In this document: positions 19,523 through 29,120 of the stretch, piece by piece | Numbering within the stretch: position 1 is the stretch's first letter | Layout of the letters: the number at the start of each line of letters is the position of its first letter | Source of the DNA: Candidatus Nanoarchaeia archaeon | GTDB taxonomy: Archaea > Nanobdellota > Nanobdellia > SCGC-AAA011-G17 > GW2011-AR17 | Length of the DNA stretch: 64,000 bases | Reading direction: 5' to 3' | NCBI GenBank assembly: GCA_028706745.1 | Contig: JAQTVM010000005.1 | Span: 5,165-69,164, forward strand | The notes under the pieces: model-generated | Databases searched by the model: none | Seen by the model: only the letters and a program-made list of their open reading frames with translations | What the model was told of the DNA's origin: nothing | Made by a program: the position numbers and the translations under genes

Positions 19523-19888
19523 ATGCCGCAAGATCATACACAATTAGAGATATACAACAGGGCTTATGCCTTTGCTTTGGATGTATATAAAATAACATAC
19601 TTATTTCCCAAAGAAGAAACATTCGGCATTACAAGCCAGTTAAGGCGCGCCGCCTCTTCTATCGGGGCGAATATTTCAGAAGGATGCGGAAGGCGAACTG
19701 ATAAGGATTTTATCCATTTCCTGCATATTTCCATGGGTTCTATAAAAGAATGCGTGCATTTTCTTAATTTGAGCAAAGACTTGGGTTATATAGATAATAA
19801 TTCTTTCGCTTTGCTAAATGAAGAATTAGAAGCAATAGGAAAAATGCTTACTAGATTCACACAAAAAATAACAGCCATAAACTATTAA
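19523..19888 (+). CDS. Four-helix-bundle protein (23S rRNA IVS protein / TIGR02436-like)
   Basis: LEIYNRA...FPKEETFGITSQLRRAASSIGANISEGCGR...FIHFLHISMGS. Confidence 0.92.
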   Translation: MPQDHTQLEIYNRAYAFALDVYKITYLFPKEETFGITSQLRRAASSIGANISEGCGRRTDKDFIHFLHISMGSIKECVHFLNLSKDLGYIDNNSFALLNEELEAIGKMLTRFTQKITAINY

Positions 19889-19930
19889 CTACAAACTAAG
19901 TGCTACGTCCTACAAACTACCTACTACTAT
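19880..19930. repeat. Heptamer array (AACTATT AACTACA AACTAAG TGCTACG TCCTACA AACTACC TACTACT), right arm
   Basis: CTA recurs every 7 nt. Confidence 0.8.
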
Positions 19931-20487
19931 CTGATTTGAAGATACAAACGAATCTCGTCAAAAAACGTGTTTATCTCGCCAAGCATTGCCTTTTCATACT
20001 CCTCAAGGCGCTTTCTTATAAGAATCTTCTCGTAAACAAGCCCTGTCCACTGCCCCAATGACTTTCCTTCCCATACCTTGACATTTTTTTTCAGGTATGC
20101 GCTGAACTTCATTTCAATGCTGCCCTTGTGCATTTTCTTTTTTGCATTGTTGGGAAGCGTTACCTCTGCTTCTGACAGGACTATCTGTGCGCCCATCTCA
20201 ACAACAAAAGTCACGTAATCATCAAGAGCTTTTGAGCATTCCCAGAATATTTCCGTTGTCACAGAGCCGTTCGGGTTGTCAACGTGCTTGTACCTGAGCT
20301 CCTTCCAGTCATACCCCTTGTGTATGAACCAGCGGTGCATTGACTCGTAAAGCTCGCCCATGTCAAAAGTTGAGCCGGCTTTTATCTTATAGCCCTCTAT
20401 CATGGGCTTTTTCTCTTCCAGCTTTGTAAACATAATCTCTTTCCAGCTGCCCATGGCTGTTAGGGGGTTGAGAGAATTAATAAACAT
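19927..20487 (-). CDS. Hypothetical protein (true start may be 20454 or 20433)
   Basis: Long ORF with protein-like composition; no recognised motif. Confidence 0.65.
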   Translation of the reverse strand: MFINSLNPLTAMGSWKEIMFTKLEEKKPMIEGYKIKAGSTFDMGELYESMHRWFIHKGYDWKELRYKHVDNPNGSVTTEIFWECSKALDDYVTFVVEMGAQIVLSEAEVTLPNNAKKKMHKGSIEMKFSAYLKKNVKVWEGKSLGQWTGLVYEKILIRKRLEEYEKAMLGEINTFFDEIRLYLQIR

Positions 20488-20531
20488 TATGGTATGCGAC
20501 AGGCAGTCTGTAGTAACTAAGAACTATGCCT

Positions 20532-21395
20532 CTACACAATCAGCGGCGTCACATACACTTCTATTATGCCTGCAAACAATGTTACGGCAATCGCAAGGAG
20601 TATCAGGTCCAATGCGTCCAGCATCACCTTGTTGAATATCTTCTCACCCATCCTGTGTTTAATAATTGCAATTGAAATCAATCCGCCTGCAAGCCCTCCT
20701 ATGAAATACGCGAGAATCTCGAAAACCCCGTGCGTCATGTAGCGCGTCATGCCGATTGCATACATGTGCGAATACAAGGCTATTTTCATAAGCCCCTCAT
20801 GCGCTGCTGCTCTCTCCACATTTGACCTTACAAAAGAGCCGATTGCTGATGCAATGACAGATGCATTCCACGTCAATATGAATATCATTCCCGAGCCGTA
20901 GAAGAATGAGAAAAACACGCAGAAGAACAATACCTTCAGGTTGTTTGCTATTATGCTCCATAATAAACCCAGGCCTGCAGCATGCCCTGTTATTACATTG
21001 GCAGTCACTGCGTTGTTTATTGAGCTTATTGTGAACATCTGCGTTGCAAACAGGTCCTGCACAAAGCTTGCAGGCAAAGCAATGAACCATATTGAGAATG
21101 CAATCACAAAGCCAAAGAATAGATAGATGAAAGACACCAATGCCTTCTTGTGCTCTTTCAATATTCCTGTTTCTTTTTCAATCTTTACTTCCTTGTCCTC
21201 TTCAAACTTTATTATCTTGTAAATCAGGGGAATGCACGCCATTACAGTAAGAAAAACAACAATCAGGCTTGCCTGTTCCCTGAATATCCATAATGCAAGA
21301 AAAACAGCAATTGAAGCATACAAGGCGCCCAGGGGCAGCATGTGCCACGGCTTTCTTTCTGCTCCTTCCGGCGTGAGGAGGTCTTCCAATACCAT
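20532..21395 (-). CDS. SpoIIM-family (stage II sporulation M-like) membrane protein
   Basis: Multi-TM; IIANNLKV, WNASVI, HGVFEI, AGIIEVYVTP motifs. Confidence 0.85.
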   Translation of the reverse strand: MVLEDLLTPEGAERKPWHMLPLGALYASIAVFLALWIFREQASLIVVFLTVMACIPLIYKIIKFEEDKEVKIEKETGILKEHKKALVSFIYLFFGFVIAFSIWFIALPASFVQDLFATQMFTISSINNAVTANVITGHAAGLGLLWSIIANNLKVLFFCVFFSFFYGSGMIFILTWNASVIASAIGSFVRSNVERAAAHEGLMKIALYSHMYAIGMTRYMTHGVFEILAYFIGGLAGGLISIAIIKHRMGEKIFNKVMLDALDLILLAIAVTLFAGIIEVYVTPLIV

Positions 21396-21430
21396 ACTGA
21401 ATTATTGGGGCTGAGGCTTTATATATTTTC

Positions 21431-22642
21431 CTAGAAGGCATTTTGCGGTTTAAGGAACCATTTCCACGCAGGGACTATATTTATGCCGTCTATCTTGTCT
21501 TCCTGCGCAAGCGTGACAATAACTCCATTCTTAACACCCAATGTTTTCATCGCCTCTTTCAGGCCTTCAATCTCCCGTTCCATATTGTCTGTATCAAGAT
21601 GTAAGCAGGATTGCACTGCATATACCGCTTTCCCTTTATTCTTTGCAATAAAATCGCATTCCCTTTTGCCCTTAAAATAAAATATCTCCCTGTATTTCCT
21701 TCGCAAATGCAGGAACACGGCATTTTCTAGTATTCTGCCCCTGTCTGCTGAAAACGACGCAGAGTTCGCAGCTGTAAATCCTGTATCAATGGAATAGACT
21801 TTCCGCGGATTTACCTGCTGTTTCTTAAGCGAAAAGCTGAATATGGGGACTGTAAAAAGCAGGAAAGATTCTTCCATACATCCCACATAAGAAACGGCAG
21901 TATTTGCAGAGCGTATCCCGAATGTTTTTGCCAGCGAATTGCATGAAAATTCCCTGCTTATATTTGATAACAGGAATACGGCAATGTTCCTTACAGTTTT
22001 TTCATCCCTTATCTTATGCCTCACAATCACGTCTTTTGTTATAATATCATTGAAAAGCTCCTGAAGCATTTCTTCCTTGCCGTACTTAAGGAATTCAGGG
22101 AATCCTCCTTTACGAAGGTATTCTTCAAATGTTTCAGCTCCTGCTTTTTTCCCGAGAAACCGAAGGAATTCAATATATGAAAATGGGAAAAGAGTATGCG
22201 TTATGTGCCTTCCTGTAAGCCTTGTGCCCAGCTCCCTGCTCAGCAGCGAGGCGTTAGAGCCTGTTATTACAAATTTTCCGCCGGTATCCAGCTTTCTCCT
22301 TACAAACCTTTCCCACTCGTCCACGTTTTGTATTTCATCCATGAAATAAGCCGCGTTTCCGCAGCATTCCTTAAAAGCCTCTTCCAGCTTTGGGAAATCA
22401 TTCAGCGAAAAGCCTGCCGCTCTCGGCTCTTCAAAATTGAAATAGCAGTAATCCTTTCCCCTGCGCATTATCTGCTTCATAAGCGTGCTTTTGCCGCAGC
22501 GCCTGACTCCGGATATTATTGCCGCATGAGGCAGCCTTGTGTCTATTTCAGGCAGGAGCTCCCTCTCAATGCCGGGGTCCATTCTTTCAATCTCCTTTCT
22601 CTGCAGTTTTACTATCTCCAGGAGCTGGTCTTTCAGTATCAT
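21431..22642 (-). CDS. ATP-binding protein, AAA_14 + DUF4143 family
   Basis: GVRRCGKST, FMDEIQ, TGSNA, LTGR, GGFPE, KVYSIDTG, LENAVF, ECDF. Confidence 0.9.
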   Translation of the reverse strand: MILKDQLLEIVKLQRKEIERMDPGIERELLPEIDTRLPHAAIISGVRRCGKSTLMKQIMRRGKDYCYFNFEEPRAAGFSLNDFPKLEEAFKECCGNAAYFMDEIQNVDEWERFVRRKLDTGGKFVITGSNASLLSRELGTRLTGRHITHTLFPFSYIEFLRFLGKKAGAETFEEYLRKGGFPEFLKYGKEEMLQELFNDIITKDVIVRHKIRDEKTVRNIAVFLLSNISREFSCNSLAKTFGIRSANTAVSYVGCMEESFLLFTVPIFSFSLKKQQVNPRKVYSIDTGFTAANSASFSADRGRILENAVFLHLRRKYREIFYFKGKRECDFIAKNKGKAVYAVQSCLHLDTDNMEREIEGLKEAMKTLGVKNGVIVTLAQEDKIDGINIVPAWKWFLKPQNAF

Positions 22643-22655
22643 ACCTTAATATTGC

Positions 22656-22752
22656 GCATTACTATTATATAAATCTTTGCATTACTATTATATAAATGTC
22701 TTACATTAAGGGGAAACTTATATACAAATGTTTCCCTCTTGGCAGGGAAACT
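22656..22752. promoter_or_regulatory. Tandemly duplicated TATA segment (GCATTACTATTATATAAAT x2) plus GGGAAAC-N12-GTTTCCC operator
   Basis: 19-mers at 22656-22674 and 22679-22697; inverted repeat at 22711-22736. Confidence 0.6.
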
Positions 22753-22807
22753 TCAAGGCGTTAAATTGAACGCTTTTGTCCATTTGCAATGAACACATTT
22801 AACGAGC

Positions 22808-22894
22808 TCAAATGACAGGAAAAGCCATCAGAATAAGCCTGCGCCGCGGCTGTCTTTCTGCTCCTTCAGGCGTGAGGAGGTCTTCCAATACCAT
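22808..22894 (-). pseudogene. Orphaned 5' fragment of the spoIIM-like gene (MVLEDLLTPEGAERQPRRRLILMAFPVI*)
   Basis: The first 14 residues are identical to the 21395 gene; it then diverges and stops. Confidence 0.7.
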
Positions 22895-22976
22895 ACGTAA
22901 TTATTGGGGTTGAGTATTAATAAGGGTTTTGGTAAGGGAAAAAACAGATTAATATAAATTAAAAAAAGGAAATTAG

Positions 22977-23948
22977 TTATGTTACGCTGGTTATAATACC
23001 ATTTGTAAAGCAAACGCGCTGCGGGCTTGTTCCAATACATCCAGATACTCCAGGTCCTGATGTTGTTGCTTGCTGCGTAACAATCCCTCCGGATGTGCAT
23101 ACTTTATATGCCGTGCCGCCGTCACCAAAAGCAAAGAAGCAATCATTTGTTCCTGGTTGCCCGCCCGCCTTGTATCCGTTAGCGCTTACAACCCCGCTTT
23201 GGAGTGTAATCCCTTCAAATATACCCGTATTCCCTGATACTACGCCTGAAGCGCTTACCTGCCCTACAGATATTCCTGTTCCTTGATACCATCCGCTTGA
23301 GCAGCTGTAACCGCCTGTGCAAAATCCTCCGGCTGCAGAAGCAGAGCCGGATGTGCTGATTCCGCTGCCATAAAAGTAACCGCCTGTATAAGCGCCTGCA
23401 TACAATGTGTTAGGGGTGTAAACACCATAAGAAGTTCCTGTTGCATACAATCCGTAAGTGCCTCCTTCTGCCCTTGCTCCATAGGTTGTCCCTTTTCCAT
23501 AAACTCCTGTTGAAGCCCCGCCAGTGCTTGTAAAGCTTTGCGCGCTAAGCGCACCGCTCATGCTTAATGAACTTGTTGAAATTGAAGATGCTGAAAGGCT
23601 GCCTGTTGAAACAGAGCCGGCATACAAAGCATTAGGGGTGTAAACGCCATAACCAGAGTATCCAAGCCTGCCTTCGACGCCTGTTGCCGTGTTCTTTCCG
23701 ACTACTGCGCTCTTTCCTGAATTGGATGTAGTGCCGTTTATTTGGGATGCAATAAAGTCTGAGCCTATAACCTCAATTCCGCCGTCGCCCATCTCATATA
23801 TTTTGCTTGTATACAAATTTGCGTGAGTCGGCATTCCAGGAGGAACAAGAGTGAATGCAGATGTCATTATCCCCGCCGCTACCAAAAGCGTAAGAACAGC
23901 AATGGCAAAATACAATCTTTTCGTGAGCAGTGACTTCTTCTTTTTCAT
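22977..23948 (-). CDS. Secreted/anchored Gly-Ser-Thr-rich beta-repeat protein (fibre/spike-like)
   Basis: Signal/TM segment; repeats YGVYTPN(A/T)LYAG, GVYG, YGLYA; C-terminal twin motif VCTSGGIVT / VCFTNGIIT. Confidence 0.7.
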   Translation of the reverse strand: MKKKKSLLTKRLYFAIAVLTLLVAAGIMTSAFTLVPPGMPTHANLYTSKIYEMGDGGIEVIGSDFIASQINGTTSNSGKSAVVGKNTATGVEGRLGYSGYGVYTPNALYAGSVSTGSLSASSISTSSLSMSGALSAQSFTSTGGASTGVYGKGTTYGARAEGGTYGLYATGTSYGVYTPNTLYAGAYTGGYFYGSGISTSGSASAAGGFCTGGYSCSSGWYQGTGISVGQVSASGVVSGNTGIFEGITLQSGVVSANGYKAGGQPGTNDCFFAFGDGGTAYKVCTSGGIVTQQATTSGPGVSGCIGTSPQRVCFTNGIITSVT

Positions 23949-24075
23949 TTCGAACCTCTTTTTCAAGCAATATTTATGCTAATTATTAGCATTTTCCCAT
24001 ATATAACCTTTTCTAGCAATTGGATTCTGTAACACATCAATAACTTTATAAAATCCCCGCCACAATAATAACCAG

Positions 24076-24909
24076 ATGGACGAAGACCAGAGGCAGGCTG
24101 TTGAAAAAATAGAAAGCATGACAAGGCACGACGCAGTAAGGATTACTGACAGGTGCAATGCGTCAATCTTTCTTGCAATGGCGATAGCGCAAAAACTGGG
24201 AAAGAAAGCGTCTATTTTAATCCCTGACCAGGGCGGATGGACATCTTTCAGGAATTACCCTAAATTTTTCAATTTGGACGTTATTGAAGTGAAGACAGAC
24301 TACGGAGTCATTGACTTAAGGGACCTGAAGGCAAAAACCAAGTTCTGCGGCGCAATGATATTCACTTCGTTTGCAGGCTATTTTGCAGAGCAGCCTGTAA
24401 AGAAGATTTCAAGCATTTGCAAGGACAACAACTGCATGATGATTGAGGATGCCTCGGGGGCATTGGGATATTCAAAGATGTGCAACGGCAAATACTCAGA
24501 TATTATAGTGGGAAGCTTCTCGGACGGAAGCTCTGTGAATGTCGGCTATGGCGGCTTCATATCAAGTTCAAAGCCGGAGTACTTTGACATTATAAAAGAC
24601 CAGTTTTCAATAATCAAGGTGCATCCTGCATTATACCCTCAATTGGAAAAAAAGCTTAATTCATCCAGGCTAAAGATGCTTATTGACTTGGCTGAAAAGG
24701 TAAAAAAGGATTTGAAAGGCTATGAAATCCTGCACAGGGACAGCGAAAGCCTTAACGTGGTCACGAAGTTTAATCCTGAAATCATCAAGTACTGCATGGT
24801 GCACAATTATCCGTATATCCTGTGCCCGAATTACATAAGAGTCAATGAGAAGGCAGTTTCAATTGAGCTGAAGTCATTGTCTGACAAGGAATTAATGAAG
24901 AGAAGCTAG
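24076..24909 (+). CDS. DegT/DnrJ/StrS-like PLP-dependent-fold protein (short; catalytic Lys apparently absent)
   Basis: IPDQGGW, MIEDASGALG, GSFSDGSSVNVGYGG. Confidence 0.7.
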   Translation: MDEDQRQAVEKIESMTRHDAVRITDRCNASIFLAMAIAQKLGKKASILIPDQGGWTSFRNYPKFFNLDVIEVKTDYGVIDLRDLKAKTKFCGAMIFTSFAGYFAEQPVKKISSICKDNNCMMIEDASGALGYSKMCNGKYSDIIVGSFSDGSSVNVGYGGFISSSKPEYFDIIKDQFSIIKVHPALYPQLEKKLNSSRLKMLIDLAEKVKKDLKGYEILHRDSESLNVVTKFNPEIIKYCMVHNYPYILCPNYIRVNEKAVSIELKSLSDKELMKRS

Positions 24910-25361
24910 CACTCAGGAATATTCGTTTCAGAATCCTTTATCCCGCAAATCTCTATTTTCCCCTGTATATCCACTTTTGGAAGAATCTCAATCTTGGTTA
25001 TATCCCCTACATCCTGCTTTTCAATGTCAAATCTTTTCAGGTCGGCAACATTCATCTCAATTTCAATATCTTCCTGGTATCCGCCTGAGCTTCCAATAAC
25101 CCTTATTATCAATCCATTAACCTGCTTTGAGCCTAGGCTTTCAACCATCACTGTTATTGAATCTTCGCGCGTACAGGCGTGCTTTATATTCAAATTAGTC
25201 TGGGATTCGCAGGCAGACATCTTTTCGCTTGTTTTTTCGGCAGACGCCATTATGCCCCTTGAGAATACCCCGCTCCACGCCAGTATGACAACTGCAAGCA
25301 GCGCAGCTGCGCATATAAGGAGAACTGTGGATATAATCGGCGACATTCCTCTCTTGTTCAT
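24906..25361 (-). CDS. Archaeal type IV pilin-like protein
   Basis: Class III signal peptide MNKRG/MSPIISTVLLI followed by a hydrophobic helix. Start moved to 25361. Confidence 0.85.
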   Translation of the reverse strand: MNKRGMSPIISTVLLICAAALLAVVILAWSGVFSRGIMASAEKTSEKMSACESQTNLNIKHACTREDSITVMVESLGSKQVNGLIIRVIGSSGGYQEDIEIEMNVADLKRFDIEKQDVGDITKIEILPKVDIQGKIEICGIKDSETNIPEC

Positions 25362-25449
25362 CTTATTACGATTGGCTTTTGGATATTTAAAGCTTCCTTG
25401 AGCTTTTCCTTGCACAACATTTATAAGAGCATAATGCAAATACTCTTTT

Positions 25450-26634
25450 ATGCGATTCAGGCAGGTTTATCTGGACAACGGCGCAACCACGATGGCTGAC
25501 CCAAAAGTGGTTGAGGCAATGCAGCCTTATTTCAGCAAATGCTACGGCAATCCCTCTTCAATACATTCTTTCGGCAATGAGGCAAGGCAGGCGGTAGAAA
25601 ATGCCAGGAGGATTATTGCAAAGTCAATTAATGCCTCGCCGGATGAAATCATATTCACTTCAGGAGGGACTGAATCAAACAATTTCGCAATAAAATCCAT
25701 TGCTTTTGCAAATAAAGAAAAGGGAAAACACATAATAACAACAAAAGTCGAGCACAAGTGCATCCTGAAATCCTGCAAGTGGCTTGAAGAGCAGGGATTC
25801 AAGGTAACTTATCTTGATGTTGACTCTGAAGGCTTTGTAAATCCTGATGCATTGGAGAAAGCAATCACAAAAGAGACAATTCTTTTTTCTGCAATCCACG
25901 GCAATAACGAGATTGGCACAATAATGGACATTGAAGCTTTGGGAAAAGTCTGCAGGAAGCATAATGTGTATTTCCACACAGACGCGTGCCAGAGCTATAC
26001 AAAAACAGAGATTGACGTGAAAAAGCAGAACATTGACCTGATGTCCCTGAATGCGCACAAAATCCACGGCCCGAAAGGCGTCGGCGCATTGTTTATAAGA
26101 AATGGAGTAAAGATAAAGCCGTGGCAGCACGGCGGAGGGCAGGAAAGGAATATTCGCTCAGGAACAGAAAATGTTCCCGGCATTGTGGGGTTTGCAGAGA
26201 CAGTGAAAATTGCAAGCAAAAAGCACGTTGAGCAGATGTCAAGATTAAGAGACAAGCTAATCAAGGGCTTGCTTGAAATTCCCGGAACAATGCTTAACGG
26301 CGCAAAAGGAAATAAAAGATTATGCAATAATGTAAATGTCTGCTTCAAGGCAATCGAGGGAGAGGCAATCGGCGCATTATTGGACCAGAAACTTATTTGC
26401 TCATCAACAGGCTCTGCCTGCTCTGCAAAAGAGCTTGAGCCGAGCTATGTCTTACTGGCAATAGGAGTTTCTCACGAGGATGCAAACGGCTCATTAAGGC
26501 TTACATTAAGCAGGTTTACGACAGAGGAAGAGATTGAATACACATTGAAAGTTCTTCCTGAAGTTGTCGGAAAGCTGAGGAAAATATCCCCCTTCGGGAA
26601 AGTTCTGGACTTCATTGGAAAGAAGATATCCTAG
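25450..26634 (+). CDS. iscS: Cysteine desulfurase IscS/NifS
   Basis: YLDNGATT, FTSGGTESNN, AHKIHGPKG, RSGTENV, STGSAC. Confidence 0.95.
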   Translation: MRFRQVYLDNGATTMADPKVVEAMQPYFSKCYGNPSSIHSFGNEARQAVENARRIIAKSINASPDEIIFTSGGTESNNFAIKSIAFANKEKGKHIITTKVEHKCILKSCKWLEEQGFKVTYLDVDSEGFVNPDALEKAITKETILFSAIHGNNEIGTIMDIEALGKVCRKHNVYFHTDACQSYTKTEIDVKKQNIDLMSLNAHKIHGPKGVGALFIRNGVKIKPWQHGGGQERNIRSGTENVPGIVGFAETVKIASKKHVEQMSRLRDKLIKGLLEIPGTMLNGAKGNKRLCNNVNVCFKAIEGEAIGALLDQKLICSSTGSACSAKELEPSYVLLAIGVSHEDANGSLRLTLSRFTTEEEIEYTLKVLPEVVGKLRKISPFGKVLDFIGKKIS

Positions 26635-26705
26635 CCGCCTTTTTTTGTGCTTTCTTGTCCGCTTTTCAGCTATATTTATAAACTACCTGATAATCCTTAT
26701 TCCAG

Positions 26706-27896
26706 ATGTTAGTCGGTATCGTAGGCAAGGCAAACGTTGGAAAGAGCACTTTCTTTAAGGCTTTGACAATGTCGGATATTTTAATAGCAAATTATCCGTT
26801 TGCAACCATAAAGCCGAACCATGGAATTGGATATTCAAAAATCGACTGCGTTGACACTTTCTTCAAAACCCAATGCAACCCGAGATTCGGCTCGTGCATC
26901 AATCATCACAGGTTTGTTCCTGTTGATGTTATAGATGTTGCAGGATTGGTGCCCGGGGCTTCAGAAGGTTTGGGATTAGGCAATCAATTCTTAGGCGATT
27001 TAAATGAAGCAGATGTTTTAATAAATGTGATAGACGCGGCAGGCGCAACTAATGAGAAAGGGGAGCCTGCAAACCCGGGAACATTTGACCCTTCAAATGA
27101 CATCCGCTTTTTGGAGCGGGAATTGGACATGTGGTATTACCAGATTATGATGAGGGGATGGGAAAGGTTTGCAAGAACATTAAAGCAGGAGGGAAAAGAC
27201 CCTGTTAAGGCAATATCAAAGCAGATGTCAGGATTAAGGGTTTCTGAAGGCATGGTGATTGACGCATTCAGGCTGCTTGAGCTTCCAGATGATGTTTCAT
27301 TGTGGGGAGAGCAGGAATTAAAGGCAATTGCCTCTTATCTCAGGAGAAAAAGCAAGCCGATGGTAATTGCCGCAAACAAGATGGACCTGCCTGAGGCAAG
27401 GCATAATATCAAAAAATTGAAAGAAGATTTTCCCGAGCTGATGATTATCGGATGCTCTGCTGATTATGAGCTTGCATTGAGGGAAGCGAACAAGAAAGGA
27501 TTAATTGCTTATGAGCCGGGCGCAAACACGTTTGAAGTTAAAGGCAGTTTAAACGAGCAGCAAAAGAAGGCATTGGAATTCATACAAAAGAATGTTCTTG
27601 ATGCCTGCGGCTCAACAGGAGTGCAGGATGTTTTGAACCACGCCGTGTTTGACTTATTGCATTATATTGCAGTTTATCCGGGAGGAGTTAATAAATTGGC
27701 AGACAAGGACGGCAATGTACTGCCTGACTGCTTTTTGATGCCGCCGGGCTCAACTGCTTTGGACTTCGCATTCAGGCTGCACACTGACTTTGGCAAGAAT
27801 TTCATAAAAGCCATTGACGTGAAGACAAAGATGCCTGTCGGTAGGGAGCATAAGTTAAAGCACTGCGATGTTGTAGAGATAATGGCGAATAAATAA
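26706..27896 (+). CDS. ychF: Obg-family YchF/Ygr210-like ATPase/GTPase with TGS domain
   Basis: GKANVGKST, ANYPFAT, DVAGLVPGA, ANKMD, C-terminal TGS domain. Confidence 0.9.
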   Translation: MLVGIVGKANVGKSTFFKALTMSDILIANYPFATIKPNHGIGYSKIDCVDTFFKTQCNPRFGSCINHHRFVPVDVIDVAGLVPGASEGLGLGNQFLGDLNEADVLINVIDAAGATNEKGEPANPGTFDPSNDIRFLERELDMWYYQIMMRGWERFARTLKQEGKDPVKAISKQMSGLRVSEGMVIDAFRLLELPDDVSLWGEQELKAIASYLRRKSKPMVIAANKMDLPEARHNIKKLKEDFPELMIIGCSADYELALREANKKGLIAYEPGANTFEVKGSLNEQQKKALEFIQKNVLDACGSTGVQDVLNHAVFDLLHYIAVYPGGVNKLADKDGNVLPDCFLMPPGSTALDFAFRLHTDFGKNFIKAIDVKTKMPVGREHKLKHCDVVEIMANK

Positions 27897-27947
27897 CCGA
27901 ATTTCTATAAAAACCCTTATATACCATCTAAAAAACCATTATCCTGC

Positions 27948-29117
27948 ATGAACAGGAAAATACTCTACATTCACCAGGAAAAAAAGCCGAAATACGGCGC
28001 GCATTACATAAATGAGCTCATAATAAGCAAGCTGAGAAAGAAAGGATGCTCTGTTGAGACAATATACCCTGCCGAGAGCATAAGCCTGTTTTCAAAGTCG
28101 CTTTCAGGCATTGGCAACATGCTGTTTTTTTATTCATTGATAAGCCACAAGAACCACGCTGACAATTATGACCTTGTGCAGGGCACAACTTACACTGTAC
28201 TTCCTTTTCTTGGCTCAAATACTCCTGTAATCTCTCATTTCGGCTCAACAACATACGGCTTTTTGAAAAGCGTTCCCTCGCTGCTTAATCTTGAGTCTGA
28301 GGAAAAAACTCTTCTTGGAATATATGCAAACCTGAAAGAACATCTTGGAATAACCAGGAGAAGCTCCTCAATAAAATCATTGAAGGATATAAGCAGGATA
28401 GAGATTGAAGTTGCAAGAAAAAGCACAGCCGTAATAGCCTCATCTGAAAAAGTCAAGCATGAGCTTGTGAAAAACAAGGTTAAGGCGGATAAAATACATG
28501 TTATACACAATGCAATAGAGGATTATTGGTTCAGGAGCAAGCCCATAAAGAAAGCAAAGCAGACTGCCGCTCTTGTTTATCTCGGAAGGATGGGGGATGA
28601 CACATTTACAATAAAACTGAAAGGCATAAACCGCCTTTTGTACATTCTTAAGAAATTTCCAAATATTGACAAGCATATAATAGGCATGTGCTCAAAGGTT
28701 GACAGGTATTATCTGCTTTTTTCAGGCATACCAAGGGTTGCTGCAAGCTTAAGCATTGAAAAAAAGAAGATTCCCTCTCTGCTCAGGAGCCATTATGCTG
28801 ACATATATGTCAATACAGGAAGGTATGAGGGTTTTTGCCTGAGCCTGATTGAGGCAATGTCGCAGGGGCTTGTGCCTGTAACATTCCCTATCGGAGTTGC
28901 GCCTGAAATAATTGAAAACGGCAAAAACGGATATATAGTGCATAGCCTTGACGAAATGGCAAAAATAATATACAGGCTTTCAAAAAGCCCTGAAAAAAGA
29001 AAAAATATGGCGGAATCTGCAATGAAAAAAGCAAGGATGTTTAATGCGGACAAGATGGCTGCGCAGCTGAAAAATATTTATAATGAGGTATGCGCAAAGA
29101 CGTCCACTGCAAGCTAA
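27948..29117 (+). CDS. GT4 glycosyltransferase
   Basis: YEGFCLSLIEAMSQG, EIIENGKNG. Confidence 0.88.
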   Translation: MNRKILYIHQEKKPKYGAHYINELIISKLRKKGCSVETIYPAESISLFSKSLSGIGNMLFFYSLISHKNHADNYDLVQGTTYTVLPFLGSNTPVISHFGSTTYGFLKSVPSLLNLESEEKTLLGIYANLKEHLGITRRSSSIKSLKDISRIEIEVARKSTAVIASSEKVKHELVKNKVKADKIHVIHNAIEDYWFRSKPIKKAKQTAALVYLGRMGDDTFTIKLKGINRLLYILKKFPNIDKHIIGMCSKVDRYYLLFSGIPRVAASLSIEKKKIPSLLRSHYADIYVNTGRYEGFCLSLIEAMSQGLVPVTFPIGVAPEIIENGKNGYIVHSLDEMAKIIYRLSKSPEKRKNMAESAMKKARMFNADKMAAQLKNIYNEVCAKTSTAS

Positions 29118-29120
29118 TAA

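Larger units (their letters stand above)
21341..22914. mobile_element. Direct-repeat-bounded cassette (AAA ATPase) inserted at the 5' end of the spoIIM-like gene
   Basis: 75-bp repeats at 21341-21415 and 22840-22914 (7 mismatches by my alignment), spanning the start codon and first ~18 codons of the SpoIIM-like gene. Confidence 0.7.

Noticed and set aside
19523..19888. Diversity-generating retroelement (Avd-like protein)
   Set aside because: No reverse transcriptase and no TR/VR pair with adenine-specific mismatches seen. The 75-bp repeat at 21341/22840 has mixed mismatches and lies at a gene start.
15134..23966. Prophage (ORF6N plus fibre-like gene)
   Set aside because: No capsid, terminase, integrase or replication genes; the region is interspersed with core genes.
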